Shown: piece by piece, positions 24,430 to 30,102 of the stretch
Numbering within the stretch: the stretch's first letter is position 1
Layout: every line of letters starts with the position of its first letter
Assembly: GCA_965230295.1 (NCBI GenBank)
Contig: OZ246001.1
Span: 1-64,000 of the forward strand
Reading direction: 5' to 3'
DNA length: 64,000 nucleotides
DNA from: Marinicella sp.
Lineage (GTDB): Bacteria; Pseudomonadota; Gammaproteobacteria; Xanthomonadales; Marinicellaceae
The notes under the pieces: model-generated
Database searches by the model: none
Told to the model about the DNA's origin: nothing
Seen by the model: only the letters and a program-made list of their open reading frames with translations
Translations under genes and position numbers: made by a program

Positions 24430-24879
24430 TTATACTTTTCTTTTAATCATTTCTGTTAACTCGTCCACTGTCCGGCTGTAGATTGAAACCGATTCGATGT
24501 GCTTGTATTTAATTTCTAAATTTTTATCAACGAGATACACTGACCTCTTTACACCAAACCAGCCAAAAGAATCATACATTTTTGCGACTTCACCTTCCGC
24601 ATCACTTAACAAAGTGAATGGCAACTCGTTGTCTTTTTTAAATGATTTGATAAAACTGGAATCATCACCACTGATGGCAATGACATCGACATTCAAATCA
24701 CTGAATTGATCATAGCTATCTCGATAGTCACTTAACTGCTGTTTACAAACAGGTAAGTTATCCCCTGGATAAAAAACCAAAAGTGCATTGCCTTTAACTT
24801 TTGAAGATAACTTGAAAGGCTTCCCATTGTCCGCAATCAATGAAAAATCAGGTGCTTTATCACCAGTCTCTAATGTCAT
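24430..24879 (-). CDS. Peroxiredoxin (BCP/AhpC-TSA family)
   Basis: GDKAPDFSL, FYPGDNLPVCKQQ, FTLLSD; ATG 24879 preferred. Confidence 0.88.
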   Translation of the reverse strand: MTLETGDKAPDFSLIADNGKPFKLSSKVKGNALLVFYPGDNLPVCKQQLSDYRDSYDQFSDLNVDVIAISGDDSSFIKSFKKDNELPFTLLSDAEGEVAKMYDSFGWFGVKRSVYLVDKNLEIKYKHIESVSIYSRTVDELTEMIKRKV

Positions 24880-25051
24880 ATTAAATCTCAGTACCAACTA
24901 AAAGCGCGTATTTTAGCTGTTTTGGCTCAAAATAAAAAGGTATCAAATTCCGCACTTCAAAAAAAAAGGATTTTTGAGTAAAAAAAATCTGGATTTGCCC
25001 ATTATTTTAGGATAAAGTACGCAGCCTCATTTGCTGATGAGCAACCCTTGC

Positions 25052-25142
25052 GGAGAGATGGCAGAGCGGTTGAATGCACTGGTCTTGAAAACCAGCATAC
25101 GTTAATAGCGTATCTAGGGTTCGAATCCCTATCTCTCCGCCA
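25052..25142 (+). tRNA. tRNA-Ser(TGA)
   Basis: GGAGAGATGGCAGAGCGGTTGAATGCACTGGTCTTGAAAACCAGCATACGTTAATAGCGTATCTAGGGTTCGAATCCCTATCTCTCCGCCA; long variable arm. Confidence 0.97.
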
Positions 25143-25206
25143 TTATTTGTATGTCATTCATGGCATAGAAATAATGAAAGATAGATCGATTCTAGAAGCC
25201 TCCCTC

Positions 25207-25305
25207 GGGTTCGAAAAAATTGTCAGGAACGATTTTTGACGCCGCAGGCGCCCACAGGGTGAAATGCAGGATGCATTTCATCAATCCCTATCTCTCCGCC
25301 ATTAT
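25207..25305 (+). pseudogene. Duplicated tRNA-Ser 3' end interrupted in the T-loop
   Basis: GGGTTCGAA-[67 bp]-AATCCCTATCTCTCCGCCATTAT; flanks identical to the real tRNA 3' end. Confidence 0.85.
25216..25282 (+). repeat. 67-bp four-hairpin element, copy 1
   Basis: AAAATTGT-CAGGA-ACGATTTTT / GACGCCGCAGGCG / CCCACAGGG / TGAAATGCAGGATGCATTTCA-TC. Confidence 0.85.
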
Positions 25306-25371
25306 CCTACTTATAATTCTTCAACTGGCACCAAAGAATGTCATGACTGTGTCATGAGCGGTTGAATGCAC

Positions 25372-25440
25372 GCCCTACTCTGTGTTTTAGCCAAGTCTTC
25401 TTTGGCTCACGCCAAAATCGACTTAACACAACACAGGGGC
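25372..25440. repeat. ~69-bp long-hairpin element (type A), copy 1
   Basis: GCCC..TGTGTT..AAGTC-TTC-TTTGGC-TCAC-GCCAAA-ATC-GACTT-AACACA..GGGC, inserted between the D-arm and anticodon stem. Confidence 0.75.
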
Positions 25441-25450
25441 TGGTCTTGAA

Positions 25451-25517
25451 AAATTTGTCTGGAACAAGTTTTAACGCCGAAGGCGCCCGTAGGGTTAAAG
25501 GCAGGAAGCCTTTGATT
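25451..25517 (+). repeat. 67-bp four-hairpin element, copy 2 (in the anticodon loop)
   Basis: AAATTTGT-CTGGA-ACAAGTTTT / AACGCCGAAGGCG / CCCGTAGGG / TTAAAGGCAGGAAGCCTTTGA-TT. Confidence 0.85.
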
Positions 25518-25555
25518 AAAACCAGCATACATTAATAGCGTATCTAGGGTTCGAA

Positions 25556-25622
25556 AAATTCTTCTGGAAAGAGTTTTGACGCCGCAGGCGTCCACAGGGG
25601 CAATGACAGGAAGTCATTGATC
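25556..25622 (+). repeat. 67-bp four-hairpin element, copy 3 (in the T-loop)
   Basis: AAATTCTT-CTGGA-AAGAGTTTT / GACGCCGCAGGCG / TCCACAGGG / GCAATGACAGGAAGTCATTGA-TC. Confidence 0.85.
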
Positions 25623-25746
25623 GTTCCAACAACTGTTCTAAATTACGACTGAATTTGTCTTGTTCGTTTTTTTCTGATTTACTTTTTTCATTGCTTGCTC
25701 ATATTTTTTGAAGTTTACAATGAGCCTAAACCTTTCCTTCTCTTAG

Positions 25747-25872
25747 CAAATCAGTCTAATTGGTCCACATGGTGCTGACAGGGTACATTTGAAAATTATT
25801 AAATTTTCAGACTTTATTAGGGATCCTGATAGTAATCTAATTGAGCTATCTAATTACAAACAAACAAAATGA
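25747..25872 (+). pseudogene. C-terminal remnant of a VOC/glyoxalase-family gene
   Basis: Frame reads ...FIRDPDSNLIELSNYKQTK*, matching the VOC C-terminal (Y/F)xRDPDGNLIEL motif; in-frame TAG at 25744 upstream. Confidence 0.55.
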
Positions 25873-26095
25873 CTCTCGAAGTGATGCCAGATAACTTTGT
25901 AATGGGTTTCCTGGCATCCTTTATTACCAATTTCTCACCAACTTCAACCGAAAGCTTTTGCCCTATTTATTGATTGGTTCAATTATAAGCGGCCATCAAT
26001 TCAGTTAAATTCATGACCTTTGACACAAGTTATTATTTATAATTAATTATATTCTTCATCCTGAAGTAATGCGCGAATTCCAAATTTTTTAGGTT

Positions 26096-26374
26096 ATGGT
26101 CACAAAGAAATCGACGACTCTTTTATGTTTAGTGATATTTTTCTACACTGGATTGCATGAGAAGAATAATCTGATAACTCAGGATATATCGAGTCATGAT
26201 AACTCCTACTCCATAAGCCTTGATCTTGACAGCGATGATTCGGACATTTGCCAGTTTGATGTAAAAGCTCAATCTACATTTGACAATAGTTGCAACCAAT
26301 TTCAAACATGGGTTCCCAGCCACAAACATGACTTCGGCTTCTTCACGCCGATGCGAGCCCCTCCTGTTGCATAG
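26096..26374 (+). CDS. Putative RAPP-type translation-arrest leader peptide
   Basis: N-terminal basic plus hydrophobic export-like segment, acidic middle with scattered His/Cys, ends MRAPPVA*. Confidence 0.65.
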   Translation: MVTKKSTTLLCLVIFFYTGLHEKNNLITQDISSHDNSYSISLDLDSDDSDICQFDVKAQSTFDNSCNQFQTWVPSHKHDFGFFTPMRAPPVA

Positions 26375-26432
26375 GCAACACACTTAAACAAAGTTTCACT
26401 TTTACTAAACATAACTTTTTGAGGAGGTTTTC

Positions 26433-26774
26433 ATGATCGTTTCTTCATGTTTCAACCATGTGAATAAGGAATTCATTCCTGAGCACTTTATTCTTATAGC
26501 CTGTAATTATTTTAAAAAATTATACCATTTAATAAATTCAATAAATGGCCGCTTCGGTCAAGTCACATCTGAATGTCATGGCTCTGATTGCACCAGTTGT
26601 CACTTGTCAATCAGATGTCCTCAAAAACGACACATTGATATTTATCAGTTAACTCCAGACTGTATGACAGCCTTAATAAACCCTTTAGAAAAAGCAGCAA
26701 CGCTTTTGTCCAAATTGGCATTGAAAACAAGTACCAGGTATCGAAGTTTTCAATCAGGAGAAATTGGACAATGA
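26433..26774 (+). CDS. Small Cys/His-rich hypothetical protein (Cx4Cx2Cx5C motif)
   Basis: Perfect RBS GAGGAGG 5 nt before ATG; CHGSDCTSCHLSIRC. Confidence 0.6.
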   Translation: MIVSSCFNHVNKEFIPEHFILIACNYFKKLYHLINSINGRFGQVTSECHGSDCTSCHLSIRCPQKRHIDIYQLTPDCMTALINPLEKAATLLSKLALKTSTRYRSFQSGEIGQ

Positions 26775-26983
26775 AAAAAGAAATGAATGAAATTAATCAA
26801 TTATTGCTGCTATTTGTCATTTTAATTTTTTTGTTTTTAGCTGCTGTCTCATACAGTTTGTACCAGACAACTGTGGAATTAAATCAACTCAAAACAAGAG
26901 TAAAACTCAATGAACCACAAATCAAAATTGTTAGCAAACCCACTTTATCTAGCCAACCATTACATTTACAAAATAATAAATAA
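26771..26983 (+). CDS. Small single-TM hypothetical protein
   Basis: ATGA overlap with the previous stop, AGGAG RBS, hydrophobic LLLLFVILIFLFLAAV followed by a short helical segment. Confidence 0.6.
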   Translation: MKKEMNEINQLLLLFVILIFLFLAAVSYSLYQTTVELNQLKTRVKLNEPQIKIVSKPTLSSQPLHLQNNK

Positions 26984-27041
26984 TTCAAGCTTTAGCCATC
27001 TTCAAATTTATCCAAAGACTTGAATTCGATAGGAGAATAGT

Positions 27042-27332
27042 ATGCTCGATCAACTACACACATTTACAGTACCAAACGCCTTTGTCGTATTTCTATTTAT
27101 TTTACTTTTCACGGCCCATGTATGCCTTTTCGTAGATATTTCCAGGTTCCAGAAAAACCCTTCAAGCAGGTTGAATTTTGTAATCTCTGGTTTTTTATCA
27201 GCATTCATTACAACATATTCCTTTTATTCAATAAGGTTGCCTTCAATCACACAAAAGTTATTCCTGATAGGTGCAATAGGGGTTATTTCAGCAACAGCAT
27301 TTACATTGACACTACAAAAATTATTTAAATAA
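27042..27332 (+). CDS. Small three-TM hypothetical membrane protein
   Basis: AGGAG RBS; three hydrophobic stretches. Confidence 0.6.
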   Translation: MLDQLHTFTVPNAFVVFLFILLFTAHVCLFVDISRFQKNPSSRLNFVISGFLSAFITTYSFYSIRLPSITQKLFLIGAIGVISATAFTLTLQKLFK

Positions 27333-27570
27333 GACATTACAGAGCTAAAGTATTTAGGGCGAGTCGAAAAAAGTCACAAAGGGGAGTTAATAATAGATGA
27401 TTACAGGTGCCTTAAGTGGCTGTCTTCGCCCTTATATGGATATGGCCAAACCTTAAAATCATAATTGCCCTTATCGAACTGACTGAATGAAAGTAATTAG
27501 TCAAACAATCCACCACCCATTTGAGGCAACCATTACTTTCTCCATATAGATTGGAAAAACATATTTGAGC

Positions 27571-27640
27571 GGATCGGGCAGAAACGTAGTCAAGGCTTCT
27601 TTGGCCACACCAAAATCGCCATGACGCTTATTCTCGATCC
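27571..27640. repeat. ~70-bp long-hairpin element (type A), copy 2
   Basis: GGATCG..CAAGGC-TTC-TTTGG-CCACA-CCAAA-ATC-GCCATGAC..CGATCC shares its core with 25372-25440. Confidence 0.65.
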
Positions 27641-27911
27641 CGAACTGGTGATGAGTGTCGGTTAATTCTTAAACTAAATCAAAATCACTTATGGCGGTTT
27701 TAATGCTACTTATCCCTTTAAATGAACTCTGCTGCTGTGTCATAACCTTCAAATAAGTCTGTCAGAATCAACTGAACTGTAAGATTTTGGCTCATTTATT
27801 AATATCGTCATTAAATCTTTATGTTTTATTCACCCTCCCCTTATATAAAGCCTATAAACCAGGCATCTCATGATGCTAAAATAGCTGCTTTTTTGCTGAT
27901 GGAACATTGCT

Positions 27912-29126
27912 TTGGACCTGAATGAACTCTTAATTGATCAACCACACCAATTCATCACCCATGACGGTGTTGAGTTTTTATTGTTAGGCACCGCCCATGT
28001 CTCACAAAAAAGTGCTGACGTGGTTAAATCACTGATCGAGACCAAAGAATTTGATACGGTTGCCATAGAATTGGATGAAATCAGGTATCAGGCGATAACT
28101 GATGAAAATCGTTATAAGAATATGGACTTGATCAGCATCATCAAAAACAAGCAAACTGGTTTAATTGCAACCAACTTGGCAATGAGCGCCTACCAAAACA
28201 GACTCGCCGAACAATTAGGTGTTGAACCTGGTGCTGAAATGAAACAAGCCATTAAATCTGTCAATGAAATGGGTTTGGATTTATGGAAGATTGATCGCAG
28301 TGTTGGCATCACCATGAAACGTACTTGGCGATCATTAAAATTCATTGAAAAAATTAATTTGATTTTCGGCTTTGGTGGTTTTTTTGAAAAAGAAGAAATC
28401 AGTGAAAAAGAAATCGAAAAACTAAAATCTGGTGACATGTTAGAAAGCACATTCAATGAATTTTCTGAAAATTCAGAATCCTTGTATAAATCATTGATAG
28501 ATGAAAGGGATCAATTCATGGCAGCCCGACTACAGCAAGCCATCACAAAGCCAACCGTCGGAAACAAACATGAAACTGAGAAAGTTTTGGTGGTCATTGG
28601 AGCCGGGCACTTAAAAGGCTTATCGGGTTATTTACAAAAACCCATGGACACCCACCAAACCATTAATAACCTCAACACCCTGCCCCCAAAATCCAATTGG
28701 ATCAAAGTACTTCCTTGGTTGATTACAATAATCATTCTAACCGGGTTTGCCTGGGGCTTTGCAAAAAACAATGACTTGGGCTTGGATTTGATCAAAACCT
28801 GGGTTTTGTACAATGGCGTTCTTTCAGGCATTGGAGCCGCCATCGCTGGAGCACATCCTGTTACCATTTTATCGGCTGTTGTGGCTGCGCCCTTCACCTC
28901 ATTGAACCCGACCATCGCAGCCGGCATGGTTGCTGCATTGGTTGAAACCATGATCAGAAAACCTAAAATACATAATTTTGAATCACTACAGAAAGATGCC
29001 ATGCACCTCAAAGGGTGGTGGAAGAACCCGGTAACTCGTGTACTCCTGGTCTTTGTTTTGACCAACATCGGTTCAGCGATTGCCACCTGGGTTTCTGGAT
29101 TCAAAATTTTCAACCAATTGATCTGA
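27912..29126 (+). CDS. TraB/PrgY (TraB/GumN) family membrane protein
   Basis: LLGTAHVS, VAIELD..R, PGAEM, LIDERDQFMA, VIGAGH, C-terminal TMs. Confidence 0.92.
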   Translation: MDLNELLIDQPHQFITHDGVEFLLLGTAHVSQKSADVVKSLIETKEFDTVAIELDEIRYQAITDENRYKNMDLISIIKNKQTGLIATNLAMSAYQNRLAEQLGVEPGAEMKQAIKSVNEMGLDLWKIDRSVGITMKRTWRSLKFIEKINLIFGFGGFFEKEEISEKEIEKLKSGDMLESTFNEFSENSESLYKSLIDERDQFMAARLQQAITKPTVGNKHETEKVLVVIGAGHLKGLSGYLQKPMDTHQTINNLNTLPPKSNWIKVLPWLITIIILTGFAWGFAKNNDLGLDLIKTWVLYNGVLSGIGAAIAGAHPVTILSAVVAAPFTSLNPTIAAGMVAALVETMIRKPKIHNFESLQKDAMHLKGWWKNPVTRVLLVFVLTNIGSAIATWVSGFKIFNQLI

Positions 29127-29127
29127 C

Positions 29128-30102
29128 ATGCAACCTTTCTCCATTGGCCCACACATAATTGAACACCCTGTGATGCTGGCACCAATGGCTGGTGTAACAG
29201 ATCGTCCATTCAGACAATTGTGTCGGCAATTAGGTGCCTCCTATGCGGTATCAGAAATGCTCACCTGTGACTTGTCTCTGCTGAAAACAGCAAAAACCCA
29301 ATTTCGCATGAATCATGACGGAGAGCCAGGTCCCATTGCTGTACAAATTGCTGGTTCAGAGCCAATGAAGTTAGCCAAGGCCGCCCAACACAATGTCGAC
29401 AATGGCGCACAGATCATTGACATCAACATGGGTTGCCCACAGAAAAAAGTCGCGAAAAAGAAATGCGGTTCTGCTTTACTGGCCTACCCTGATCTGGTGG
29501 CAGATATTTGCCAAAAAGTGGTTAAAGCTGTGCCAACACCGGTTACATTAAAAACCAGATTGGGTACCGATGAGGACAACAAGAACATCTTGGAAATAGC
29601 CACAATGGCTGAACAAGCTGGTATCGCAGCCTTATTCATTCATGGCAGAACCAAAACCCAAAAATTCCAAGGACACAGTGAATTTGAGCTCATTGCTCAA
29701 GTCAAGCAACAGCTTGATATACCTGTCATTGCAAATGGTGATATTGATGGCCCTGAAAAAGCGGCTCAGGTATTACAGCTAACAGGTTGTGATGGCGTCA
29801 TGATTGGCCGAGCAGCACAAGGTAACCCTTGGATATTCACCCAGATCAAAACATATTTAGCAACGGGCAGTTGCCCAAAAAAACCAAGTCAATCTGAAGT
29901 CATTCAGGTGATGTATCAACATGTAAAAAACTTACATGACTTTTACGGTCCAGAGACTGGGTGTCGCATAGCAAGAAAACACATCAAGTGGTTCTTACAA
30001 GGCATGAATCTGGACCCCATAGCCCGCACATTGATCACCATCAACAGTGCGGAGGAACAATTGTTGTTCATCAACCAAAACTTACTGCAAAAGGTGGCAT
30101 AA
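29128..30102 (+). CDS. dusB: tRNA dihydrouridine synthase B
   Basis: LAPMAGVTDRPFR, IDINMGCP, HGRT, ANGDI, MIGRAAQGNPW. Confidence 0.93.
   Translation: MQPFSIGPHIIEHPVMLAPMAGVTDRPFRQLCRQLGASYAVSEMLTCDLSLLKTAKTQFRMNHDGEPGPIAVQIAGSEPMKLAKAAQHNVDNGAQIIDINMGCPQKKVAKKKCGSALLAYPDLVADICQKVVKAVPTPVTLKTRLGTDEDNKNILEIATMAEQAGIAALFIHGRTKTQKFQGHSEFELIAQVKQQLDIPVIANGDIDGPEKAAQVLQLTGCDGVMIGRAAQGNPWIFTQIKTYLATGSCPKKPSQSEVIQVMYQHVKNLHDFYGPETGCRIARKHIKWFLQGMNLDPIARTLITINSAEEQLLFINQNLLQKVA

Larger units (their letters stand above)
25356..25555 (+). pseudogene. Degenerate tRNA-Ser copy (D-arm to T-loop) split by insertions
   Basis: GAGCGGTTGAATGCAC-[69 bp]-TGGTCTTGAA-[67 bp]-AAAACCAGCATACATTAATAGCGTATCTAGGGTTCGAA; one substitution vs the real tRNA. 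Confidence 0.85.

Noticed and set aside
25207-25555. Functional permuted or intron-containing tRNA (3' piece precedes the 5' piece)
   Set aside because: The 5' acceptor strand GGAGAGA is missing from the copies, the inserts are not group I/II or bulge-helix-bulge introns, and an intact gene is adjacent; decayed tandem copies are the simpler reading
25048-25595. ORFs 25048..25239 (+) and 25407..25595 (-)
   Set aside because: They overlap the tRNA and the repeat elements and show no coding features
25207-25622. CRISPR array or integron attC array reading of the repeats
   Set aside because: The sequence between units is tRNA-derived rather than unique spacers or cassettes, the units diverge in primary sequence, there are no RYYYAAC/GTTRRRY ends, and no cas or intI gene is present
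26589-26603. CTSCH as a c-type heme site
   Set aside because: The protein has no evident export signal, and the motif sits within a four-Cys cluster better read as a metal/Fe-S site; not fully excluded
27912-29126. TraB-family gene as a sign of a conjugative element
   Set aside because: The TraB/PrgY/GumN family is a chromosomal metalloprotease-like family; it is coupled to dusB here and no transfer genes are nearby
29961-30101. Upstream start of the DUF349 ORF
   Set aside because: It overlaps the dusB 3' end by ~140 nt; ATG 30102 is coupled to the dusB stop
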